From the NCBI GenBank assembly GCA_964442325.1, contig CAYTYX010000002.1, positions 16,108-64,153 on the forward strand: 48,046 bases of DNA, read 5' to 3'. Positions 10,187-18,114 of the stretch are shown in pieces. Source of the DNA: an uncultured Candidatus Saccharibacteria bacterium. GTDB taxonomy: Bacteria; Patescibacteriota; Saccharimonadia; Saccharimonadales; UBA10212. Below the pieces are notes generated by a model. It was not told the DNA's origin and did not search any database. It saw only the letters and a list, made by a program, of their open reading frames with translations. The stretch's first letter is position 1. Every line of letters begins with the position of its first letter. Both the position numbers and the translations under genes were made by a program.

Positions 10187-10591
10187 TTAAGTCTTTAGGT
10201 ATTTGAGTAAGTTTTTCTTGGCTTGTTTGACTTGCTTCACAGCCGCGTCGAGCTCCGGATTTTTAGCTTTACCCTTGCGAGCAGCAGCTAACACTTCACC
10301 GGCTTTGACTTGGGCCTTTTTAGCCTTTGCGGCAGCGACATTAAATTCCGTCTTAGCCTTACCCTTTAGTTGTCCGCCCTTAGCTTGAGCTTTGCCTGCT
10401 AGTTCTCTAAGCTCAGCTTCGGCATTGTGTAATTGCTGTTCTGCCTCGCTCTTTACTTCACCGGCCTTATCTTTAATGTCTGTTCGGGTTTCTTTGCCGC
10501 TTTTCGGTGCAGTTAAAATACCAGCTACGTAGCCGGCTGCTCCAGCTACTAATGCACCTAATGCAAACTTGCCAGATTTATTTTGTGCCAT
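10187..10591 (-). CDS. YtxH domain-containing protein
   Basis: N-terminal GALVAGAAGYVAGILTAPKSGKETR motif followed by a Lys/Ala/Glu-rich helical region, typical of YtxH. Confidence 0.75.
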   Translation of the reverse strand: MAQNKSGKFALGALVAGAAGYVAGILTAPKSGKETRTDIKDKAGEVKSEAEQQLHNAEAELRELAGKAQAKGGQLKGKAKTEFNVAAAKAKKAQVKAGEVLAAARKGKAKNPELDAAVKQVKQAKKNLLKYLKT

Positions 10592-10593
10592 AA

Positions 10594-10857
10594 TTATTCC
10601 TTCCTCTTAGATTTGCCTGAATGAACTTTATTAATTATACCGCCAACCAATTTGAGTATCGCTAGAGGCGAGGCAGTTCGCTCAAACGCGTGAGCGGCTG
10701 ATTCAACAGCGCTTGCTACACTGTCGGCGCGGCCGCTAATACGCTTAACGTCACGCAAGAATGAGATTAGATAATAAAGAGCTATGCTAAGGGTAACCAA
10801 GAAAACCGCGAGGGTGGCGCTAACGATGATGAGTAGAACTTGTGCAGCTGTATCCAT
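10594..10857 (-). CDS. Small single-pass membrane protein (DUF948-like)
   Basis: 87 aa with an N-terminal TM helix then a helical tail. Positioned immediately upstream of ytxH, as is common for DUF948/YtxH pairs. Confidence 0.55.
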   Translation of the reverse strand: MDTAAQVLLIIVSATLAVFLVTLSIALYYLISFLRDVKRISGRADSVASAVESAAHAFERTASPLAILKLVGGIINKVHSGKSKRKE

Positions 10858-10892
10858 AGCTACATTATAAAATTAATAAACTGTAAGCACAA

Positions 10893-12299
10893 CTAGGCCC
10901 CTAGCTGGGTCTTGATAATTTTTTGGGCTAGTTCGGGATTGGCTTGACCTTTAGATTTAGCCATAACTTGGCCAACCAAAAAGCCGATAGCCTTGGCTTC
11001 ACCGTTTTTAACGTCTTCGGCCGCTTTCGGATTTTCTTTGATGACCCCTTCAACAATTCTTTCGATTTCTGACTCATCTGAAATCTGGGAGTTTTTTTCT
11101 ATAAGTTCATCTATGTCTTTGTAGTATGGGTCATTCATTAGAATGCTTAGTGTATGACTTGCAGTAGTAGAACTCGAGGCTTTAACTCTCACGGCCTCAG
11201 CCACTTTGATATGATTTTCTACGCTAATCTTCAGCCTCTCAGGGCTCTCTAATAGGTCATAGGCTATTCGACGAATGTTTTCAGGAACTGCCCCTTGAGC
11301 TATTACTTCGGATATTCTCTGATAGATCTGGGGGTTATCTAAGATGTCTTCAATAGCTCTTATGTCGAGTCCTATTTTACCCAGTTTCTGCCTGATTGAG
11401 GTAGGGAGTTCTGGCAAGCCCTTCTTGAGTTTTGTAATGTAATTTTCTTCTAGTTCAATTGGGGGGATGTCGGGTTCGGGCATATAACGGTAGTCTTCGG
11501 CTTCTTCTTTGCCACGCTGGCTCGTGGTCTTTTGCTTAGCCTCATCCCAACCGCGGGTTTCTTGGACAATCTTGCTACCTTTTTCTAACTCTTCGGTTTG
11601 GCGTTTAATCTCGTAAGCTACCGCGTCCTCAACAGCTCGGAAGCTGTTTAAGTTCTTGGTCTCCGTGCGCGTACCGGGTTTGGCCGGGTCGATACTGACA
11701 CTGACGTTTACATCAAAGCGCATATGACCGTGATATAAATCGGCATCGGACACGTCGGCATACTTCATTATTAGGTAAAGCTCGCGCACGTAAGCCTTAG
11801 CTTCAGCCGCACTATGCATATCTGGTTGGCTGACAATTTCAATTAGCGGCGTGCCGGCACGATTTAGATCTACTAGTGAATAATCAGCACCGGTTTGGTG
11901 AATCGTCTTACCGGCGTCTTCTTCCAGATGCACTCTGACAATCCCAACTTTGGTTTTCTTGCCTGCAACCTCAATTTCAACTTCACCGCCTTTAATAATC
12001 GGCTGGTCGTATTGGGTGATTTGATAGCCTTTGGGCAAGTCGGGGTAAAAATAATGTTTGCGGTCAAACTTACTGAATTTTTGCGGCTCGCCATTTAGAG
12101 CCAATCCTGCGCGTACGGCCAATTCTAGCGCCTTTTCGTTAAGTACCGGCAAGGCTCCGGGCATACCCACGTCAATATGGCTAATTAGCGTATTTGGTTT
12201 AGCGCTGCGGGCATCGTTATCAACGGCGCTAAATAGTTTGGTCTTGGTCTTAAGCTGAACGTGAGTTTCGATGCCAATAGTTGGGAGGTATTTGCTCAT
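10893..12299 (-). CDS. gatB: Asp-tRNA(Asn)/Glu-tRNA(Gln) amidotransferase subunit B
   Basis: IGIETHVQL, HYFYPDLPKGYQITQ and a C-terminal YqeY/GatB tail. 468 aa. Confidence 0.95.
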   Translation of the reverse strand: MSKYLPTIGIETHVQLKTKTKLFSAVDNDARSAKPNTLISHIDVGMPGALPVLNEKALELAVRAGLALNGEPQKFSKFDRKHYFYPDLPKGYQITQYDQPIIKGGEVEIEVAGKKTKVGIVRVHLEEDAGKTIHQTGADYSLVDLNRAGTPLIEIVSQPDMHSAAEAKAYVRELYLIMKYADVSDADLYHGHMRFDVNVSVSIDPAKPGTRTETKNLNSFRAVEDAVAYEIKRQTEELEKGSKIVQETRGWDEAKQKTTSQRGKEEAEDYRYMPEPDIPPIELEENYITKLKKGLPELPTSIRQKLGKIGLDIRAIEDILDNPQIYQRISEVIAQGAVPENIRRIAYDLLESPERLKISVENHIKVAEAVRVKASSSTTASHTLSILMNDPYYKDIDELIEKNSQISDESEIERIVEGVIKENPKAAEDVKNGEAKAIGFLVGQVMAKSKGQANPELAQKIIKTQLGA

Positions 12300-12703
12300 A
12301 GTGCCCCCAGGTCGCGCAGACCTTGCTTAAGGCCGGCTAGGGCTTTTTTGGCTTCGTCCGGGCGCAGGCGCTCGTGGTGTTCGTGAACTAATCTATTACG
12401 GAGCTTGTGCGCGTACCACACACCGTCGTTGTCGCTCAATACTCGCTGAGCGCTAACTAGGCGCTCGCCCATAGTTTTACCGTGGAAACTGCGTTTTTTG
12501 AGTGCCTCGTCCAGTAATTTGTCGGCATTAATTACTGCTAGCACCATCCCTTCCGGCGATTTGACCATACTTAGCAGTTCTTCCCAGCGATTTCGAAAAT
12601 GCTGCTGGTTCATTGGCCGCGGCACACGGTTAGTTAGAAGCCCCAAGCCAGTCATCATCAAGATGCCAAAAGCTACAAAGATAATTAAGGCGATGGTTAC
12701 CAC
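12296..12703 (-). CDS. Membrane-anchored hypothetical protein with an Rx4H (HEPN/DUF4145-like) motif, inserted between gatA and gatB
   Basis: 135 aa. N-terminal TM helix (TIALIIFVAFGILMMTGLGLL). C-terminal helical domain with AHKLRNRLVHE (RNRLVH at 12383..12400). Start overlaps the gatA stop by 7 nt and stop overlaps the gatB start by 4 nt. Confidence 0.6.
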   Translation of the reverse strand: MVTIALIIFVAFGILMMTGLGLLTNRVPRPMNQQHFRNRWEELLSMVKSPEGMVLAVINADKLLDEALKKRSFHGKTMGERLVSAQRVLSDNDGVWYAHKLRNRLVHEHHERLRPDEAKKALAGLKQGLRDLGAL

Positions 12704-14124
12704 TTGGCAATCTCCTCAAAGCTTTTTGCAAAACCCAGCAGTTGCCGATCGCTACCTTGGGCAGCCATAATTTGTAAGCCAATTGGTAAGTCGCCGTCTT
12801 TGCCAGCCGGAACGCTGATTGCTGGGATGCCGGCAATATTAGCCGCAGCGGTCATAATGTCGGCCAGGTACATACTCAGCGGATCGGCCGTTTTTTCACC
12901 AATTTTAAAGGCGACAGTCGGCGCTACCGGACCAACCAGGAAATCGTGCGCTTTAAAGGCTTGGTCAAATTCGTTGATGATTTTTGTCCGTACGGTTTGG
13001 GCCTTTTTGTAATAGGCGTCGTAGTAGCCGCTGCTTAATACGTGCGTGCCAATCATAATGCGCCGCTTGGCTTCGGCGCCAAAGCCTTGTTCGCGGGCTA
13101 GTTCATAGCTCTCTTCTAGATTTTTTGCCTCAGGCGCAAAGTGGCCGTATCGCTGGCCATCGTAACGTGCCAAATTGCTACTAACTTCGGCTGGGCAGAT
13201 GATGTAGTAAACCGCCAAAGCGAGCGGCAAGCTTGGTAAACTGACTTGGCTGACTTCGGCACCGGCTTTTTTTAGTAAATCTATGGCACTCACGATTACT
13301 TGCCTGACTTCTGGCTGCAGACTGTCATCAAAGTATTCGGCTACCACACCAACTTTTTTGCCTTTTAGGCCAAGTGGCAAATCAGTATATCCGGACTTGT
13401 GTCGCTCAATTGTCGTGCTGTCCAGCTCATCACGGCCGGCCATTATATCTAAAACCAGGGCTGCGTCTTCGACGTTTGTTGTCAGCGGCCCAATTACATC
13501 GGTGCTACTAGCCATAGCTACCACGCCGCTTCGGCTCACCAAACCATAGGTGGGCTTATAGCCAACCACGCCACAAAAGCTGGCTGGCTGGCGAATCGAG
13601 CCACCCGTATCGGTACCGACCGCAAATGGCGCGATTCGCAAGGCCACAGCAGCGGCTGAGCCGCCGGAGCTACCACCCGGCACGCGAGTTTTATCGTGTG
13701 GATTTTTGGTTACGAACCAGTCGCTATTTTCGGTACTGGCGCCGTGAGCAAAGGCGTCAAGATTAGATTTAGCGATGCAGATTGCGCCCTCAGCCTCTAG
13801 CTTTTCAATAGCAGTGGCCTGGTAGGGCGCTTCAAATGGTCGCAAAATATTACTGGCTGCGGTAGTCTTGCCGCCAAACGTCAAAAAATTATCTTTGGCA
13901 ATGAACGGCACACCGGCAAGTCGGCCGGCATTCTTACCAGACTCAACTTGTTTGTCTATTTCGTACGCACGTGTTCTGGCTCGCTCTTCAAGCGTACTAA
14001 TGGTTACATCAAAATCCTTATGTTCGGCCAGCACGACCAGAGATTTTTCTACTAAATTAGCAGCTTTAGATTTTCCGGAATTTACACTGGCGGCAATATC
14101 GGCTAGGTTTGGCCAAGCGTCCAT
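12697..14124 (-). CDS. gatA: Glutamyl-tRNA(Gln) amidotransferase subunit A
   Basis: Amidase signature GGSSGGSAAAVA and TDTGGSIRQPASFCG. 475 aa. Confidence 0.95.
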   Translation of the reverse strand: MDAWPNLADIAASVNSGKSKAANLVEKSLVVLAEHKDFDVTISTLEERARTRAYEIDKQVESGKNAGRLAGVPFIAKDNFLTFGGKTTAASNILRPFEAPYQATAIEKLEAEGAICIAKSNLDAFAHGASTENSDWFVTKNPHDKTRVPGGSSGGSAAAVALRIAPFAVGTDTGGSIRQPASFCGVVGYKPTYGLVSRSGVVAMASSTDVIGPLTTNVEDAALVLDIMAGRDELDSTTIERHKSGYTDLPLGLKGKKVGVVAEYFDDSLQPEVRQVIVSAIDLLKKAGAEVSQVSLPSLPLALAVYYIICPAEVSSNLARYDGQRYGHFAPEAKNLEESYELAREQGFGAEAKRRIMIGTHVLSSGYYDAYYKKAQTVRTKIINEFDQAFKAHDFLVGPVAPTVAFKIGEKTADPLSMYLADIMTAAANIAGIPAISVPAGKDGDLPIGLQIMAAQGSDRQLLGFAKSFEEIAKW

Positions 14125-14127
14125 CTG

Positions 14128-14418
14128 TTATAACACTCGCTTAACTTTAAATTGGCCGGCCTCGACTGCCGGTGCATTTTTTAGTAATTCTTTGGCCAAG
14201 GCTTGGTAGGGCTTTACAGAGTCCGGCCGGCTGACATTTTTGAGCCCGGTAACTTGGTAGGTTGGCTCTAGCCCAGCAGTATCGGCTTTGTCCAATACCT
14301 CGACATAACCTAGGATTTCGGATAATTCGCCGCGAAAGCGCTCAACTTCGGCGTCACTTAGTTTTAGGCGGCTAAGGCGCGCTAATTTTAGGACATCGTC
14401 CCTAGACAATTTGCTCAT
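14128..14418 (-). CDS. gatC: Glutamyl-tRNA(Gln) amidotransferase subunit C
   Basis: 96 aa. Contains LAKLSRLKLSDAEVERF...ILGYVEVL, typical of GatC. Sits directly upstream of gatA. Confidence 0.9.
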   Translation of the reverse strand: MSKLSRDDVLKLARLSRLKLSDAEVERFRGELSEILGYVEVLDKADTAGLEPTYQVTGLKNVSRPDSVKPYQALAKELLKNAPAVEAGQFKVKRVL

Positions 14419-14430
14419 AAACTTAAAGGT

Positions 14431-14439
14431 ATTATAACA
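14431..14439 (-). promoter_or_regulatory. Extended -10 element (TGTTATAAT) for gatCAB
   Basis: The minus strand reads TGTTATAAT, then 12 nt, then the gatC ATG. This implies a very short (~5 nt) leader. Confidence 0.35.
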
Positions 14440-14461
14440 AATTTACCGGATATAATCGGCT

Positions 14462-14490
14462 TTGACACAAATTAGCATTAGTGTTATATT
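14462..14490 (+). promoter_or_regulatory. Near-consensus sigma70-type promoter facing the high-GC ORF
   Basis: TTGACA (14462-67), an exactly 17-nt spacer ending in TGt, then TATATT (14485-90). The only plus-strand ORF downstream is 14574..14882. Confidence 0.45.
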
Positions 14491-14536
14491 AGCACCAATC
14501 AGCAAAGACCTGGCCTAGGCTTTGTTTTTGTTGGTC

Positions 14537-14548
14537 GGGTAGGGCAAT
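14537..14548. repeat. Left arm of a 12-bp perfect inverted repeat (GGGTAGGGCAAT) bounding high-GC island A
   Basis: It is the reverse complement of 14941..14952. It coincides with the low-to-high GC transition. Confidence 0.5.
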
Positions 14549-14573
14549 GTACCATCAACCGAAGGGAGAGCAC

Positions 14574-14882
14574 GTGTCTGGTGCTGCTCGGATCAGAGAT
14601 CTCACGATCCGCTCCGACAATGGAGCCGCAGAGCTCCTTGGCATCGTCGACCATGAGGTGCTGAACAAGCGCGAGGTTCTGATGACCCACATTCGCGGGA
14701 AAGTCGGGGATCTCCGCCTCATCACACTTTTCGACGGTTCGGAGAAGACGAGCGACAACGGAGACGTCACAAGCTTCATCTTCGGCTTCCACGGCCCGTC
14801 GGCACATGACGACGCACTTGCTGCGCTCGAGAAGATCGCCGCGATGCCAGAAGCACTCGAAGAAGAGCTCGTAGCCGCATGA
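14574..14882 (+). CDS. Hypothetical soluble protein encoded in high-GC island A
   Basis: GTG at 14574 is preceded by GAAGGGAGAG (RBS, ~6-nt spacing). 102 aa with G/C-biased third positions. Followed by a long GC hairpin. The ORF-track ATG at 14547 lies inside the inverted repeat and lacks an RBS. Confidence 0.6.
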   Translation: MSGAARIRDLTIRSDNGAAELLGIVDHEVLNKREVLMTHIRGKVGDLRLITLFDGSEKTSDNGDVTSFIFGFHGPSAHDDALAALEKIAAMPEALEEELVAA

Positions 14883-14892
14883 AATTCGGCGT

Positions 14893-14924
14893 GACGGAGG
14901 TGGGCCTTAGGGCCTGCCTCCGTC
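14893..14924 (+). terminator. GC-rich hairpin after the island A ORF (no U-tail)
   Basis: GACGGAGGTGGGCC / GGGCCTGCCTCCGTC forms a ~14-bp stem including G-U pairs, with a small loop, 11 nt after the stop codon. Confidence 0.5.
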
Positions 14925-14940
14925 CACCCTCGTCTTTACG

Positions 14941-14952
14941 ATTGCCCTACCC
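14941..14952. repeat. Right arm of the 12-bp perfect inverted repeat (ATTGCCCTACCC)
   Basis: It is the reverse complement of 14537..14548. It coincides with the high-to-low GC transition, 10 nt before the uvrB stop. Confidence 0.5.
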
Positions 14953-14962
14953 ATTTCCCAAA

Positions 14963-16936
14963 TTACAACTTGGCTTTGACTTCTTCTATCAAGTCGCGGA
15001 GTTCCGCGGCTTTTTCAAATTCCAAATTCGCAGCCGCCAAATCCATCTGGCTAGTTAAATCTCTAATTAAGAATGCATACTCGTCTTTTGGTATTTTCTT
15101 TAGATCTAGTTTAGGTTTTTCCGGACCGGCTTCGCGCGGTAGCATATCGCCAACTGCCCGCACGATACTTTGCGGCGTAATGTTATGCTCCTCATTATAT
15201 TTGCGCTGAATTTCACGCCGACGATTGGTTTCATCAATCGCCCGCTTCATACTACCGGTAATGCGGTCGGCGTACATCAGCACGCGGCCTTCTTCGTGTC
15301 GTGCAGCCCGGCCGATAGTTTGAATAAGTGCTGGCTCACTACGCAAAAAACCTTCTTTATCGGCATCTAAAATCGCCACTAAGCTAACTTCCGGCAAGTC
15401 TAGGCCTTCGCGCAACAGGTTGATGCCAACCAGTACGTCGTACACCCCTAGTCGTAAATCGCGCAAAATATCGGTGCGCTCCAGCGTATCAACTTCGCTA
15501 TGGATGTAGGAAACTTTCATATCAAGCTCTTTTAAATATTCTGCCAGATCTTCACTCATCCGTTTGGTTAGAGTCGTGACCAGCACACGCTGGTACTTAG
15601 CGACCCGTTCGCGGATTTCGGCGATTAAATCATCGATTTGCCCATCAATCGGTCGAACCTCAATTTCCGGATCCAGTAAGCCGGTTGGTCGGATAATTTG
15701 CTGGACTGGCTTGGGACTGCGGCTAAGTTCGTATTCGGCCGGTGTGGCGCTTGTATAGACTACTTGATTCATATGGCGCTCAAATTCAGTGAAAGTCAGC
15801 GGTCGGTTATCCAGCGCGCTCGGCAGACGAAAACCGTGCTCTACCAAAACTTCCTTGCGGGCCCGATCGCCGTTATACATTCCGCGCACCTGCGGGATAC
15901 ACATATGGCTTTCGTCAACCAGAAGTAGATAATCATCGGGGAAGTAGTCCATCAGTGTGGCTGGTTGCTCGCCGGCTTCGCGGTTGGTTAAATAGCGGCT
16001 GTAGTTCTCTATGCCTTTTACAAAACCTGTTTGCTCTAGCATTTCAATATCAAACTTAACGCGTTGTTCTAATCTTTGGGCTTCGATTAACTTGCCCTGG
16101 CGTTTGAACTCGGCAATGCGCTCATCGGCCTCTTGTCTGATTTTTACCAGGGCTAGTTTTAATTTTTCGTGCGGCGTTACATAGTGCGAGCCTGGGAAAA
16201 TAGTCAGTTCTTTGAGACGGGCTTCAACTTCGCCGGTTAATGGGTTGATGCGAGTCATTTGCTCTAGTTCCTCGCCGAAAAACTCCACGCGGTAGGCACT
16301 TTCTTCGCCGGCTGGAAAAACATCAACTACATCCCCGCGGACGCGGAAATTGCCGCGCTCAAATGCCATATCGTTGCGATGATACTGGATGTCGGTAAGC
16401 TGACGCATAAATTTATCACGCAACCGGCGCTCGCCAGTTTTTAACCTAACAGCCATATGGTCGTAATCTTCTACCGAGCCAATGCCGTAAATACAAGAGA
16501 CACTGGCAACTATTATTACGTCGCGGCGGCTAAGTAACGAAGCCGTCGCAGCGTGGCGCAAGCGATCAATTTCTTCGTTGATGTCGCTGTCTTTTTCAAT
16601 ATAAGTATCGGTACGCGGGATGTAGGCTTCTGGCTGATAGTAATCGAAGTAGCTGACAAAATAGTGGACTGCATTATTTGGAAAGAACATCCTAAATTCG
16701 TTATAGAGTTGAGCGGCCAGGGTTTTGTTATGGCTCAAAACGAGTGTCGGCTTTTGGGAGTTGTTAATAAGGTTTGCCATTGTAAAGGTCTTGCCACTGC
16801 CGGTCACACCAAGCAGAGTTTGATGCTTAGCACCTTTATTCAATCCTTCCGTCAAAGCAGCAATCGCCGCCGGCTGGTCACCGGTTGGTTTATAATCGCT
16901 TACCAACTTAAATTTGGTCACTCCTAATTGTAACAA
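14963..16936 (-). CDS. uvrB: Excinuclease ABC subunit B
   Basis: Walker [11 protein letters not shown], helicase motifs, C-terminal UVR domain ([13 protein letters not shown]). 657 aa. Confidence 0.95.
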   Translation of the reverse strand: MLQLGVTKFKLVSDYKPTGDQPAAIAALTEGLNKGAKHQTLLGVTGSGKTFTMANLINNSQKPTLVLSHNKTLAAQLYNEFRMFFPNNAVHYFVSYFDYYQPEAYIPRTDTYIEKDSDINEEIDRLRHAATASLLSRRDVIIVASVSCIYGIGSVEDYDHMAVRLKTGERRLRDKFMRQLTDIQYHRNDMAFERGNFRVRGDVVDVFPAGEESAYRVEFFGEELEQMTRINPLTGEVEARLKELTIFPGSHYVTPHEKLKLALVKIRQEADERIAEFKRQGKLIEAQRLEQRVKFDIEMLEQTGFVKGIENYSRYLTNREAGEQPATLMDYFPDDYLLLVDESHMCIPQVRGMYNGDRARKEVLVEHGFRLPSALDNRPLTFTEFERHMNQVVYTSATPAEYELSRSPKPVQQIIRPTGLLDPEIEVRPIDGQIDDLIAEIRERVAKYQRVLVTTLTKRMSEDLAEYLKELDMKVSYIHSEVDTLERTDILRDLRLGVYDVLVGINLLREGLDLPEVSLVAILDADKEGFLRSEPALIQTIGRAARHEEGRVLMYADRITGSMKRAIDETNRRREIQRKYNEEHNITPQSIVRAVGDMLPREAGPEKPKLDLKKIPKDEYAFLIRDLTSQMDLAAANLEFEKAAELRDLIEEVKAKL

Positions 16937-16939
16937 TAA

Positions 16940-17509
16940 CTATTGGGGGAGAGCTTCTAAAGTACTAGCTGCTGATATTTCAGCCTGAACTTTACTGTTC
17001 GCAGATGTACTTAGAGTGCCGTCAGAATTATAGCCACATAGTGGCGTGGGTGGATCCGCCACGGTTTTCCAGTAGTAATAGTTTCCGATATGTATGGCGT
17101 TGTTTTCGTAGCCGCTGGATTTTAGAAAATTTTGATATTCAGTAGCGTTATATTTGGTTATTAAAACCACTGAATTTTTATCAGGCTGGCAAGAAGAACC
17201 ATCTTTAGTCTCAAGTTGGTCAAGAGATCTTAGGCCCAACGAAATATCCTGTCCGTTAACAGTGTAGTAAATATCAGATATATTGGATACGAGTTTCATT
17301 CGAACACCCCATTCTTTAATAGTGAGGTACTTTTGGGTTGTGGCTGGTACTGTTGAAATGTTCGAAGTTGGTGTAGAGGAGCTGGTGATCGCCGGCTTGG
17401 TCTTATGGTTATCGCGCCAGACCCACCAGCCAGTGAAGCCGACTGCGGCAACCACGATAACTGCCAGCACCATTGCGATGTGAGCGAAGCCTTTTTGGTT
17501 CTTAATCAT
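16940..17509 (-). CDS. Hypothetical membrane-anchored or secreted protein
   Basis: 189 aa. N-terminal KGFAHIAMVLAVIVVAAVGF hydrophobic segment, a Ser/Thr-rich linker, then a globular domain. No recognisable family. Confidence 0.55.
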   Translation of the reverse strand: MIKNQKGFAHIAMVLAVIVVAAVGFTGWWVWRDNHKTKPAITSSSTPTSNISTVPATTQKYLTIKEWGVRMKLVSNISDIYYTVNGQDISLGLRSLDQLETKDGSSCQPDKNSVVLITKYNATEYQNFLKSSGYENNAIHIGNYYYWKTVADPPTPLCGYNSDGTLSTSANSKVQAEISAASTLEALPQ

Positions 17510-17549
17510 AGGCTAAATATATTATTTTTACTACTCAAGCACAACCACT

Positions 17550-18113
17550 TTAGTTATAGAGGCTACGGTAGTGGGAATGCAATTTATCTAGGAGTTTGGT
17601 GAGTTTTTTGATTAGCTCGTCGGCATCGGCATCAAAAATCACCAGCTCCGGATTTGCGTTGGGTAAGAGTTTTAGTAAGCCTTGGATTTGGTCGGATATA
17701 CCACCGGCGCCTTCCAATATGCCGATTGGCGTATGGGCTTCGGCCGCAATCGTGAATTCGTGCAAAGTGCCAAGCCGGCCGCCAATAGTTACTACGGCGT
17801 CAGCCGAACCAATCAACAACGCATCGCGGCCGGCGTAGTGTAAGCCGGTATATAAAATCGCGTCGTAATTTTTGGTAGGCAAGCGGTACTTAAAAACGTG
17901 TTCTTCTTTGGTCGAGGCGGGACTCAAGCCAAAACTCATCTTACCGCCGGCCTTTTTATAGCCGGCCGCGGCATCATCTGGCAAACCGGTGGTTGTGCCG
18001 GTTAGTAGCGAGTAGCCGCCGCGAGCAATGGCTGCGCCAAGTTCCGCGGCTAGCCTGGCGCCCTGAGCGACACTTTGGCCTTTGGCAGCTCCAGATACAC
18101 AGATTTGATACAT
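17550..18113 (-). CDS. LOG/TIGR00725-family (SLOG, lysine-decarboxylase-like) protein
   Basis: 187 aa. Rossmann-like ICVSGAAKG...LLTGTTTGLPD...VVTIGGRLGTLHEF pattern, typical of the LOG/TIGR00725 family. Confidence 0.7.
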   Translation of the reverse strand: MYQICVSGAAKGQSVAQGARLAAELGAAIARGGYSLLTGTTTGLPDDAAAGYKKAGGKMSFGLSPASTKEEHVFKYRLPTKNYDAILYTGLHYAGRDALLIGSADAVVTIGGRLGTLHEFTIAAEAHTPIGILEGAGGISDQIQGLLKLLPNANPELVIFDADADELIKKLTKLLDKLHSHYRSLYN

Positions 18114-18114
18114 T

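Noticed and set aside
14499-14807. 102-aa and 74-aa minus-strand ORFs inside high-GC island A.
   Set aside because: High-GC DNA keeps several frames open. Only the plus-strand ORF has an RBS, a codon-position GC bias and a downstream hairpin.
14537-14952. Calling island A a bona fide MITE or IS element.
   Set aside because: There is no transposase and no detectable target-site duplication next to the inverted-repeat arms (TTGGTC versus ATTTCC). A single 12-bp inverted repeat at this spacing is about what chance allows in 48 kb. It is reported only as an IR-bounded insert of unknown mechanism.
16940-17509. Type IV pilin or pseudopilin, based on the N-terminus MIKNQKG/FAHIAMVLAVIVV.
   Set aside because: The segment after the Gly lacks the conserved Glu at +5 and the usual F/M-T-L-I-E pattern. 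A plain signal-anchor is equally consistent. It is left as hypothetical.
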